Positions 1 through 11,431 of a stretch of 64,000 nt of DNA are shown here, piece after piece. The stretch covers positions 124,001 to 188,000 of the forward strand of contig VJWM01000003.1 in assembly GCA_010909165.1 (NCBI GenBank). The letters are read 5' to 3'. Origin of the DNA: Anthoceros angustus (Eukaryota > Plantae > Anthocerotophyta). The notes beneath the pieces are model-generated. The model was not told the origin of the DNA and did not search any database. It saw nothing but the letters and a program-made list of their open reading frames with translations. Numbering within the stretch: the stretch's first letter is position 1; each line of letters starts with the position of its first letter. A program made the translations under genes and the position numbers.

Positions 1-202
1 ACATTGTGTGTGCATGTCTGTCATTCAATCCATGCAAAATGTCTTTAGTAGGCTTTGCATGAAAGTGATATGATGTTGATGAAGAAAACAATGTTTAAGG
101 GATCCTTTGTACAATCGATTGACTATGGGTCCCCAACTAAGTTATTCACCCTTCCGTTGCACACAAGTGCAATAGCGCTAAAAAGCGAAGTCAATTGCAC
201 AT

Positions 203-510
203 CAATCAGGTCACTCTATGGCAAATTCAAACATTGCTAGACATCATGTATCTAGTCTTTCCAGAAAGCGTCTTTTGGCTTCTGCAGTGTTTTGGCTCCT
301 CTTTTTTATGAGATGCATAGCTCTCTATAACATCAAACATTCCTCAATAATTTTACAATCAGGTCACTCTACGGCAAATTCTAAACATTGCTAGACATCA
401 TGTATCTAGTCTTTCTAGAAAGCGTCTTGTGGCTTCTGCAGTGTTTTGGCTCCTCTTCCTTATGAGATGCATAGCTCTCTATAACATCAAACATTCCTCA
501 ATAATTTTAC
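203..510. repeat. Tandem duplication, two units of about 153 bp
   Basis: caatcaggtcactct...cctcaataattttac occurs at 203-355 and 356-510 with few substitutions. Confidence 0.9.
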
Positions 511-2589
511 GTACTTTTTTAGGGTCAATTTTTTGTGCAATGAACTAGGTGTAGGGTGATGAGTGTCTATTACCAGAAATGAGTTGATTAAATCGTCCTC
601 GAGCAGATTTGGCATGAATATTAAAATGGTGCAACCAATAGCCTTGACCTAAGAAATAGTGGAACTAAGATAAACAAAATGATACAATAGAGGATTTGTT
701 TTCACACATATTGATATTTATAGAGATGGTTAAATCAGTCGGTGCTATTTGATAAATTGCACACCAGATGAAGATAGCAATGTGGATAACAATAGTTGAT
801 AAAAACTCAAAAAGCAAAAGAAAGGCTGGATAGACTTGCAATTAGCTACTTAAGTACTTAGATTTTGCTTTTTCCATGAAGAATAAAGGTGTCGTTGTGC
901 GGCAAGATTTTATTTTACATAAAACGCAAGCGCCACACCCCACAGGCGCATGCGCTCGCAAGCAAGATTGTGGTAACAGAGTTGTTGAGAGATCAAAGGA
1001 TTTAGGGATGAAACTTTGAGATGTGCTTAGCAACTTGACCTGTTCCTTTTAAAGAACTTGTGCAAAGGACACCCGGTAGGACGAAGCCTAACATCACTTA
1101 ATGGATCCCTTTGCAGAGCATTTTGAGAGTTAAGCTAGGGAGAATGGGCTAGAAAGTTGAAGTAAGTGCTATATATTGCATGCATCAAGATAGTCCCTCC
1201 AAAAAGACACATGTACCCGAAAGGCTCTCACATCTTAACATGCATTGTAAATTTTGCTGGAATTGGAAGATAGCTTGTCACAGCCTACCTAATGGTCACG
1301 TCATGTAGAAATCAGTGAAAACGAGAAATCTCCAAGACAATCTACATATGGAGTTGGTTTGTCGGACAAGGCCATCATCCACTAGCTAACCTTCATTTAG
1401 AACCATCATTGTCGAGAAAGTCTAGCTTTTTTATTGTTGTGCCAACAAGCGGTAAGGTCGAGACACAACTCCTTATACCCTTAGCAAATCCGTATATCCA
1501 GCTGCAGGGGAAAGGTGGATCTCGTTTACAAGATTGGATGATTGTGGGAAGTGTCGTGCAACAACATCGCTCACCTATTGTTGTGAGCAGTGATTCTAAA
1601 CCGTACGAGAGACATGTTAGGTGAGGGCGCCGACTTATGGGTGGAGCAAGTAGTTCCAACCACAACTATACTGCTTATGAGGAAGTTCAGGAGCAAACAA
1701 TTTCAGATTCAGAAGTTTTCCTCCGTTTCACTACAACCATCACTATGATCATGATCATATGCGATGGATGACCACCGCACGTGGGGAAAGAGTGCGAAGG
1801 GCAAAATCAAAATTGTGGGATAGTTGCAGCACTTTAAGGCGAGCACATAAAACAGCAGAATGAGCCTCTTACCACTTCTTTGAACATGGAAGAGAAGGTG
1901 GTAACAGATGTTGTGGAACATGGACGATTTTCAAAACGAAAAGTGCAATTGGTGGATTTTTTGGAGGAAGCTGCAAAAGAGGCATGAAGTAACTACTTGC
2001 CAAGTGGCGTACTAGTTTCGCCCAAATGAAAAAAGGTCACAGAAAGTTTTTTCTTAAACTTCTTGGTGAAGAGATCAATAGGCCATAAACTAGTGGGTAA
2101 GTTAGACATTATATTGAGCCACATTTTGTTGCATTCTCAATTGTCTTTAGATAGGAAGCAAAATGAAATCAAACTAGAGAGTCCTTCTGAAAATTATTCA
2201 CTTTTGTGTAAATCATCCACTCTTGTGTAAATTTTTCTTTATAAAGTTTTTTTTATTTTTCTAAACAAAAATGAAATCCCAACGAGAGAGATTGGGCATG
2301 CTAACGGCCCGAGGCTGTCGATGGGACACTTTAGTTTTCTAAAACGTCCCGACGGCAGCCTTAGGTTATTCGACATTGCGAGCCTTTACCCACTGGGCTG
2401 TGGAGAAAGGGAAAGAGCAGCTCGTGTATGGTAGTAGACTAGTCCACTTTCTTTCTGCTCCCATCGCCGAGCGAATGGTCTCACTCAAATCGGGAGCGAA
2501 TCGGGTGGAACCATTTTGCCCCAGGGAGTCTGCAGCGATGGCGGCCGCTGTGGCGATCGGCCTCGGCCGTGGTCAGGAGCCTGACCTGG

Positions 2590-3300
2590 AGCCTTTAGTC
2601 GCCGATCTCTGCGTGAAGCTGCTTACCCCTTCCCAAAAAACCGGGGGTCTTCACGCTTGCACGGACCTTCAACAGGCGTGCAAATGTCAGAGTGTCAGGT
2701 GCAACGTTTTCTTCTTGGATAGCACTGTAAAAGCATGAATTGCTTCCTGACCTGTTCCCTGCTGGGAATATCCTGCCATCGTGGCATTTCAAGTGGCCGC
2801 ATTTTTCTGACTAAGACTGTTCAACACACTCTGAGCATCCTGAAGAGTGCCACACTTCACATACCTACACGTTCAGCAGGGTGTAGCCGACAACCACATC
2901 CATTTGAACTTTGCGTGCCGCCATGTCTGCATGAAGCAGCATCCCCGTCTCCAAAGCCAAGGCCCCCAAAACTGGGACATGCCTGCAGAAGGCAAGCAAA
3001 TGTCATGGAATTGGGTGCAATGATGCTTTGGTCTTGCATAACACTGTAAACGTGCAGGGCTTCTTAACCCATTCCCTGCTGAGAGTATCCTGCTATCATC
3101 GCATTCCACGTTACTACATCTTTGTGACCAAGTCTGCAAGTCTATAAGCATCTTCCGAGCTGCCACACTTGCATACATGTCCACCAAACCATTACAAACA
3201 AGAGCCGACAACACCAGTGGCAACCTCATAAGCATAAGCATGTACCTACTTCCCACTTGTCAAGCCTGCTCCCCTTGCAAATTCTTGCAGATCTGCTACA
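2590..3300 (-). pseudogene. PLS-class PPR gene remnant
   Basis: Minus-strand pieces VCNGLVDMYA, (D)VVTWNAMIAGYSQQG (frameshifted), PNSMTFACLLQAC, PDTLTFARLLK and GKQLHAEI are PPR motifs, interrupted by frameshifts and stops. Boundaries approximate. Confidence 0.8.
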
Positions 3301-3439
3301 AAACCATTATCCAGCATGTATCCAAGCCTGTCTCAGGGTCAGCAGGTGTTCTACAAATTTTGCTTTCTCTCCAGGGTCCGATTTTCCTATTTGCTCTACG
3401 CAGCAAATACTTCATAACGTGCCTAAAGGGGCTTTGAGC

Positions 3440-4010
3440 GGGTCTCCATTGCATGCTCTGGAGTCAAAAAGTGTTAAACAGGCTTGTTCAGGAGGATGTT
3501 TTGACATGGACAGCTTTGATAACAGATTTTCCCAGCCAGGCATGGTCCAGAAAGCCCTTTGTCTTTACGGTGCTATGCAAGAAGAAGGCATGGCTGCACC
3601 CGTTTCTGTGACACTCGTGTGCCTCGTTCAGGCATGTGTAAGTGTGGGCGTGCTGGCTTTGGAAATTTAGGGGAAACAGTTTCATGCAAAAGTTAGGGAA
3701 CCAGGACTTGAACCTGATGTATATGTGGCCCGCAACTTGGTAAACCTGTATGCGAAGTGTGGCAGCCTAGAGACTGCACGAAATGTGTTTGACAAACTTG
3801 GGGGAAAGCATGTAGTAGCCTGGACTACTCTAATTGCAGAATATTCTCAGCAGGGAGTGGGTCAGGAAGAACTTCATGTCTGCAGTGCGATGAGAGAAGC
3901 AGGGGTTGCTCCAGCCGATTTCGTGACATTTTTGTGCCCTCCTGTAGGCATGTCCTGTGGCAGCCTCGGAGCCTGGCATTGCAGCTCTTCCGACAAGGAC
4001 ATTCCCTAAC
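3440..4010 (+). pseudogene. PLS-class PPR gene remnant
   Basis: ALCLYGAMQEEG...VTLVCLVQAC and NLVNLYAKCGSLETARNVFDKLGGKHVVAWTTLIAEYSQQG; stop at 3668-3670 and frameshifts. Confidence 0.85.
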
Positions 4011-5136
4011 CGACGTTGCATATGTGCAAATTGTTCTTGTTCTTGGGAGTATCTGGAAACTTGGTTGTGACCACCTTCTTCTCCCTGAAGAGGTAAGCCT
4101 GCAGCAAATTCATCAAGTTAGAGATGCAGGCATCTTGAGGAAGGAATGTCTTGTGGAACCTTGCTTTGGACCTGTATGAGCTGAAGTCAAGGAACGCTGT
4201 CTTGAGCAGCCTGTACTCACACTGTGAATGTAACGATGTTTGGCACTAAGTTTCTCGCACACCGGGTTCAGCAGGCTGAGGCTTAGGACTCATGCCCAGG
4301 TTCAGTGCACTAAATCGTGTGCCGTGGCTAGTCACGATGTGACTTTCTCTCGTGTGTCGTGGCCAGTCAAGATATGACAGTCTTTCACACACTTTGTTCG
4401 TGTTACAGTGGCCTGCCAAACACATACTTGGGCTTTTACAGCTAGGTCTTGTCTATAATTACAGTCACTGCCTACTGAGCAATCAGTCTGCTAACATTCA
4501 ACAGAAATGAGGTAGCGTCTACCAAGTAAGCAAACATTCTGCTAACATTCAGCACAAATGAGGTAGATGCTGTTCTCTCCGCTGTCACTCTGGTGGGCAG
4601 ACTTCTGCAATCCGAGGGGATATGCTAGCAAAGAATCATTTTTTGTATGGTGAACTGAACTGCTAGCAAAGAACCTTGGCAAGCACGTGCTTCTGGACAT
4701 TCCCAGGAATTGTGTCTTTTCGAGATTCCACGGCCGATGATTTATGTTTTCCTATTGATTGACCCCATTCTTTAGGCAGGTCATGCCTGAAGAATGGGGA
4801 GTCAATCCACAGGTTGATGTGCTCAATTCTGGCTCCTTCCCTTGGAGTTTGGACATTGAAACTTGCAAGGGCTGAAGTCAAGGAACGCAGTCTTGGGCAG
4901 TCTGCAGTCACAATATGAATGATTTCTCAGGAATCTCCCTTCAATTGCACTCTTCGACCACTTGTGTAATTCCTGATATACGCGTGATACGGCACATCAT
5001 TGCTGTAATCGGGTCCTCTTTTGCACGCACGGGATGATGATACCAACAATGCTGATCTTGATGACTCTCTCAAGGAACTTTTACCAGTCTATGGTATCGT
5101 GAGACATTCACATGTTGGTGGCCTTCAAATCTGGTA

Positions 5137-5560
5137 TTGTGGAATATCCCTTGGCGATTTGAAAAACTGGGTTGTGGCAGTTCGGCGTGCAGGGCCGAAG
5201 TAATTGAGTGGGTCCATCAAGGCTTCAATTGCCGACCTGCCATGTTTCTCTGGGGCCGTGCCTCCCGCACTGGCCAAGGCATGGCGTTTGAAGCAAGTGA
5301 ACTCGAGTTCCAACTTCTTGTCCGGCAGTATTCCTCCTCAGCTGGGAAGCCTGACTGAAGGTTGCAGTGTCTGCACCTGCAGAATTACCAACTAAGTGGA
5401 TTCATCCCGCCTCAACTAGGCAACTGCACATCTCTTGCAGTGCTCGATGTTGGGGGGCAACAGGCACATTGGTCAGTTACCACTCTTTCATGTACCGAGC
5501 TCCAGTGCTTGGCTCCTTGCGCTTTATCAACATCCAATCCATTCCTGGCTAATAGCAGCC
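5137..5560 (+). pseudogene. Plant extracellular LRR (RLK/RLP) fragment
   Basis: FSGAVPPALAKAWRLKQVN, SNFLSGSIPPQLGSL and LQNYQLSGFIPPQLGNCTSLAVLDV lie in alternating frames and fit the LxxNxLsGxIP consensus. Confidence 0.8.
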
Positions 5561-7488
5561 GCAACTTTATATCGTGAAAGGGAATTAACACAGTTTTACT
5601 GCGATGATGTGGTGGAAACCGGTATTTGCATCCCCTTCAGTTTGCATGCCATAGCTTCCAGATCGAGGACGATGACCTTGTGGCCGCAGGACACTTCAAA
5701 ATTCCAAAAGTGGCCGGAGCTGAGGATCCGTGCAGACTCCTGCCCGGCCAGCGGGAATTTCCACAAATCATGTGCAACGAAAACAGGACATGACGCAGGG
5801 CCGAGGTGCATTTGATGCGCCTTTCTCCTCATTTCATGTGAGCTTTTCTCCATTTTGATGCACGCGTATTTCTCCTAATATTCCTCATTTATGGAGTTTG
5901 GAGTGACTCCCTACTGCTCGCCTTTCATGTACATATGTATGTACCTCGATTACCAGAACTTGTAGCAAATAGAGTTGAGCAGCTTAGAACCGATTCCCCT
6001 AAAACAACTAGAGTTGAGAAAGAGTTTAGGGTAATTTCAATTCTTATTCAAACAAGGATTTAGAGGTACGAATGTCTTTAAACCATAGAATTTTAGAATA
6101 AATTAAAAAATACTCAGTGATTTTAAACCAATAAATTTTAGAAAAAAGTGAAGTAAGGAATAAATTAGATTATAAATACGAAATGGTTCTTGGATAATGT
6201 GTGTGGAATGGCTCTTGGATAATGGTTGTAGAATCGTAGTAAGATAGACAGCGGACACTTTCCATGGCTTTAGATAGTAGTTTTATAATCAAAATAAGAT
6301 AGACTATAAACATTGAACAAGATAGATAATAGACACCCAACGAATTTGGATAATGATTGTAGAGTTGTGATAAGGATATGCCATAGACACAAAATGGCTC
6401 ATAGATTATGGTTTCAGAATAGTTTCCATGAACAGATTAACTTGAAGTCAAAATCAAGTCTCCAAGTGAGCTATCTAAACCATTTCAAGGTATAGTACAC
6501 TTTATTCAATAAGAAGAAATGGGGTGAGCCCATCCACAATAAAACACCTCAAGAATGACATTCCAAGTTTTAAACTTTTGAAAAATAAGGATCAAATATT
6601 TTGCAAGCTTTTAAGAATTTTCATTCTTGGAATGGAAATGGCACATAAATGATTAATAAATACTTAAAAATATTTGATAAAAAATAATTTAAAAAACCAT
6701 GTATATGAGTGTAATAGGTACATAAATTTATGGCTCCTAGTCTCATAGTTTTTAAATTTTCATTTTATTAAGTTTTATAATAAGTTTATTAGTTAAAATC
6801 TTAATATTCTGAAACAAACAAGAACTTCTTCACTTAAAATGGGTTAAAGACCATGAGATGGTTTCAAATTTTAAAACATTTATAATACAGATTAGCTCTA
6901 CCTAAAACCTTACTTAAAATTCTAATTAACTTTTATATTTTATTTTATTATCTTTGAAATGAAGATTACTTGGAACTAAAACCTTTAGAAACGTCCCAAC
7001 CTTGCCATTGGGCTGCTTAGCAAAGTATTCATTATAAATTCGTTGAGAACATTTTTTAAAAACTCTTTCTTGGAGCAAGAAACTTTTGTGACAGTAGTGG
7101 TTTTTAAAGAACATAATACAAAGAAAAAGAAAACATTCATTGAAAAAAATAATAAAATATATTTAAATATCTTTTAATTAAGAGAGAACGTGAAGACTTT
7201 ACAAATATGTAGAGATGGGAAGTCCCATCTACATCGGGGGCAATGGGAACAATCCTCTCGAGGGGCATTCTTTTAATTATAATTTAAAACTCCATCAATA
7301 CAAGCTCAATCAATTTAATTTACAGCCCCTGGAACTACAATGTACTTATGTACCTATCTATCAAACCAATCACTTCCCTTTTCTAAATTATAACTATATA
7401 CCTACCTCATATACCTCCCATCTAGCTAACCGGGAGGTAAAGTACCTAGTGTCTTTCTTGGATATTATGCAATGATAATAATTTAGAT

Positions 7489-8154
7489 TCAAACAAAGAA
7501 AGCTGAACTTAAAACAACGCCTCCTAGTAATATCACCCATGATACCGAGTATGTAATCCCACTGTTACCTGGGGGTTGGGCTACAGGGCCAGAGGGAGGT
7601 ACAAAGCTGTCCAAAGATTTGTGGTCAGCTGAAGGATCGGTAGTGCTAGGAGATGTGAGGGAGGCAGGACCTGCAACAAGGCTGAGCTTCTGGCCCAAAG
7701 AACAATGGCCTGGTGTTCCACAAATGAAATAATAAGGCCCTGGCTCAGTTAGAGTAATGGCCGTCTTTCCACTACCATGTACTGCAATTGGGTTGTTGCT
7801 GTTGCAAGTGTCGTAGTCCTCTTGTGAGCTTACTTGCACCACATTATGTATGGCTACCGCATATGTGAATACTGCAGGCATATGAGATCGGGCAGTTTAA
7901 TAATCAGAAGCAACAATAAGGAGGTGATGTGAAAAAGAGTTGGGAAAGTTGGAATACCGACATAGTGTATCTCCTACATGGTATTTATGCTCGGAGGCCC
8001 AAGAGGTGTAGTTCACATTAGCGAGACTCGGCAAGGTCCAACCAGCCTCATCACCCACTTCAAACTGTGTTTGTGCATATACACCATGCACAAGCACAAT
8101 GTTGATTGCAAGCAAGAGGCCCAGTTCTACACAAAGCTGGCGCTTCATGTCCAT
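7489..8154 (-). CDS. Phytocyanin, stellacyanin/mavicyanin type, predicted GPI-anchored; exons 8154-7962 and 7871-7489 (191 aa)
   Basis: Signal peptide, VGDEAGW...W...VGDTL|LFTY with a 90-bp GT-AG intron at the usual position, Cu ligands H(IHNV), C and H (FICGTPGHC) and Q (LGQKL), Ser/Pro linker, hydrophobic C-terminus. Spliced length 576 nt, in frame. Confidence 0.93.
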
Positions 8155-9840
8155 GTCGCAGAGATCACAAGCTATTAGCTCGATAACACAAACTTTCTGG
8201 GTTTGCCGCTAGCTGGGAAGTGGAATCTCACGGAGATGAGCTCACAAAACTGTTGAAATGACCATCGACTTGCCACTTATGTCAAAAGAAAGGCAGCATG
8301 GCGGTTAGAGAAAGGCTCCTCAACTACCGTTTACAACGACCAGTTCATGGTGTGAGGACAGCACCCACATCTGTAACTCAGACCTAGTAGTCAATGTCTC
8401 AACCGTCGTCGAGGAAAGGTCGTGTAGGAAGCAGCGAAAGAAAAGACTATTTGCCTGCCTGAGGAAGCCACCAGATGAGTTCCGTTCAGAGTGCATGTAG
8501 GCATCGAGGTCCAAGACTTCTCGAGCAAAAGCGTGACTTTTCGGTGAAACTCGAACAGAAAAGAGCTTGACAGACAGAATTGAAATAGGTGCAAGCAACA
8601 ATTTACAAGGTGCCTACGTCTAACTGTGCAAGCGCCTTACTACGGAAATGATTGAAATGTGTGCTGCACAGAAATCTTGTGTCAAAGAATGTGCTGTCTC
8701 TGCCTACTACAACACAGCTTAGTTCAATGGCTGTTAGATCTTAAATCGTTTCGACAGTGTGCACCATCTGCCTTGAGCTTAAGCCAAAAGAGGAGCCCCT
8801 CATCGGGCAGCGCCCTTATTTCTTTGCAAAGTAGTGCTGCGCCTGAACAAAAAGAAACAGATTCAGTCTCATTGGTCAGAGATGAAAGAGATTGGACATA
8901 CACTTGTCAAAAAAACGATTTATCACTGGCATCACCTGCCTTTGGACGAGGAACAAGCACGTTACCTGTAGGAACATGGTGATATCCAGGGACACAGTCC
9001 CGAGGCTACCCAAAATCCAGGGCGCTTTGCCTACCATTTCATCCCTGCATTAGGACCAGAATGGCAACCAGATGAATAACATGTGAAGTGACGTCTTCTT
9101 GCAGTAATCGAATGCCCTTCAAGAGACATAGGAATGACAGAACAAGGTGCTTCATTACTAACCATCCATCCGTTCGCATTAGTACATGAGTTGGGCGACC
9201 CAAAATCCCAAATACAGAGCGGCCCAAGATGCCCATTTGGAAATACATGGAAAGGCTCGATATGAATGTGGTTCTGCTGTTTCCAAAATGCCAAACTTTG
9301 AGAAGAAGTCACCAAACAACACACACATTCTATTGCAATCACCAATCCTATAGCAAGTCGATGCGTCCACAGTGCATTGGTGCTGTAGCCATAGATAACG
9401 GAGTTCCCACCCCACAGAATACCCAGCTGAGATGCACCCAGGAGAAATTGGTAGGCAGCCTCTTCAGATGAGTGATTCCCTTGGATGTAAGGAATATTCA
9501 TGATCCGACAACAAATATGCAGGCCAGTGCCTTCACAACCCATGGTCTGGTGCCTACAGGTCCATTTCATGGGGAACTGAGTGGGACTGCTCTGATCAGT
9601 TAAGCTCTTGCAGCCAGCCCTCTTGCTTCCCGGCTCGGCAGTTGTCAGAAGTTAGTGAAGCACAGATGAAGTTTGAAATAGCCATTACTCATGGAGCAGG
9701 GCAGGATGTCATTCCTGGCCATTCATGCATGCTCATACCAACCAGGGGCCTGCTGTTGTTAATGAATTCTGGGACATGTTCAAGAGTCAGAGTCTTGAAC
9801 AACTAAAAAGAAGCATCCAGAGGTGGATGAAAAATGTTCA

Positions 9841-10269
9841 TTACTGAAAGCTGCGACTGGATGCAACAAGCTGGCCCAGAGCCTCGCAAGCCGCCTGCCT
9901 TCCAAAACCTTCACAGGCATCCACATACAGACGTTCCAGGGAAGGGTTGGACGCCAGGCCCCCCAACAGAACCGACACTTCATCCTCCCGAACCAAGCCG
10001 ATTTGCCACTTGTGGGAAATACACAAGCCGGGGCCGAGACTGTGGCAGTTGGCAATGGCTGTCAACACCCGCTTGCGCACTCGCCCGTGCCTCCCATGAT
10101 CAGCAATACGCGGACCTCTTCTTCGGTATCTGAAGTAGCTGCCATACTCATCAAACGCCAGGCGGGGAAGACGGGACATGGCATTCCGGCCCAGATCCAG
10201 CAGCAGCTGGTGCAGCTCGGCCGGCAGCGCGCGCCACTCCGGATCCTCCTCCTCCTTCTCCTCCGCCAT
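9841..10269 (-). pseudogene. Truncated N-terminus of a TORNADO1-like LRR-Roc-COR gene (copy A)
   Basis: MAEEKEEEDPEW...GGLASNPSLERLYV...ALGQLVASSRS closely parallels the N-terminus starting at 15632; upstream flanks are also homologous; stop right after a small deletion. Confidence 0.85.
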
Positions 10270-10429
10270 GCTCTGCTCTGCTCTGCTATGCTTTCCAGGA
10301 CAGCAAATGTGGCCCGTGTCTCATGGCTTTGCAGCACCGCAAGGCCGACAGTTATGGCTACGGATGATCATGGTGGAGACTGGAGGCTGGTGGCGGAACT
10401 TCCGGACAGATGATAGGTCTCATGGATGG

Positions 10430-10920
10430 TGTCAAGTCAAGCCCGTCCCCTTTGATTCCCTTGGCCTGCGCGGATCCCAACACCGCATCCAGAGGATGCC
10501 GAACTCTGAATATCTCTAAAACCTGATGGGAGCGCTCTTCCCGAGGCGCACGTTCCAAGAGGTTGGGCTGGATTTTGAGATAGACCACCCAGGCAGTCAG
10601 CACTCAGCACTCAACACTCAATCGGTTGCATACCCTGGGGAAAATTGTGTATGTGAATCCAAGCGGGAACCAGCCTGGTCCCCACTGTAAACGGGAGCTT
10701 GGCAAGGACCAGCCTGTTCCTCATTCCTACAGTTTGCCATGTGTGTGCTGTAGTGCTGTAGCCATGGATGACGGAGATCCCTCCCCACAGAATACCCAGC
10801 TAAGATGCTTGGAGAACGAGATGCACCCAGGAGAAATCGGTAGGCAGCCTCTTCACAAAAGTAGTTCCGTCGGATGTAAGGAATATTCATGAACCGACAA
10901 CAAATATGCAAGCCTCCATT
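10430..10920 (-). pseudogene. Roc-COR junction fragment of a third ROCO paralogue
   Basis: 10590-10640 matches 13590-13640 of copy B (cccaggcagtca...ctcaatcggttgcatac); translation VLTAWV parallels VLTAWVSQH. Confidence 0.6.
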
Positions 10921-11431
10921 TCATGGGGAGCTGAGTGGGACTGGTCTGATCCGTTAAGCTCTTGCAGCCAGGCCTCTTGCTTGTCCCCCGGCTTGGCCGT
11001 TGTTAGAAGATACTGATGCACAGATGAAGTTTGAAATAGCCATTACTCATGGAGCAGGGCAGGATGTCATTCCTGGCCATTCATGCATGCTCAGACCGGA
11101 GTATCCCTCCCTTTACCAACCAGGGGCCTGCTGTTGTTAATGAATTCTGGAACATGTTCAAGAGTCACAATCTTGAACAACTAAAAAGATAAATTCAGAG
11201 GTGGCGTTCAGCAAAGACTGATGTGAAACAAATCAGGATTGGGCTACACATCCTTATACTACTACCCAATCACGTGGTACAGATCGTTCCTACAGTCATG
11301 TAGCAAATCCCGGGGTGATGCTGCAACACACGTCGTTTGAGTAGCTCCCATCACAGTTTCTGATAAACGCGTCTGTCAATTCCCCTCTGTATATACATGT
11401 TAGGCAAACCCATGCGACTTCTCGTTTTGCC

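Larger units (their letters stand above)
9400..11205. repeat. Dispersed direct duplication of about 420 bp (9400-9825 vs 10780-11205)
   Basis: Shared blocks ggatgtaaggaatattcatg, cacagatgaagtttgaaatagccattactcatggagcagggcaggatgtc and caaccaggggcctgctgttgttaatgaattctg. Confidence 0.85.

Noticed and set aside
800-2050. Possible transposase remnant
   Set aside because: No diagnostic motif recognised in any frame.
4060-4911. F-box/LRR or subtilase fragments around the duplicated gctgaagtcaaggaacgc word
   Set aside because: The duplication (about 4181 and 4871) is real but the translations are not diagnostic.
8320-9030. ORFs as part of the ROCO cluster
   Set aside because: Could not be aligned to copy B or to any family I recognise.
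9823-10519. Plus-strand ORFs of 113-196 aa
   Set aside because: Antisense to the GC-rich ROCO N-terminus.
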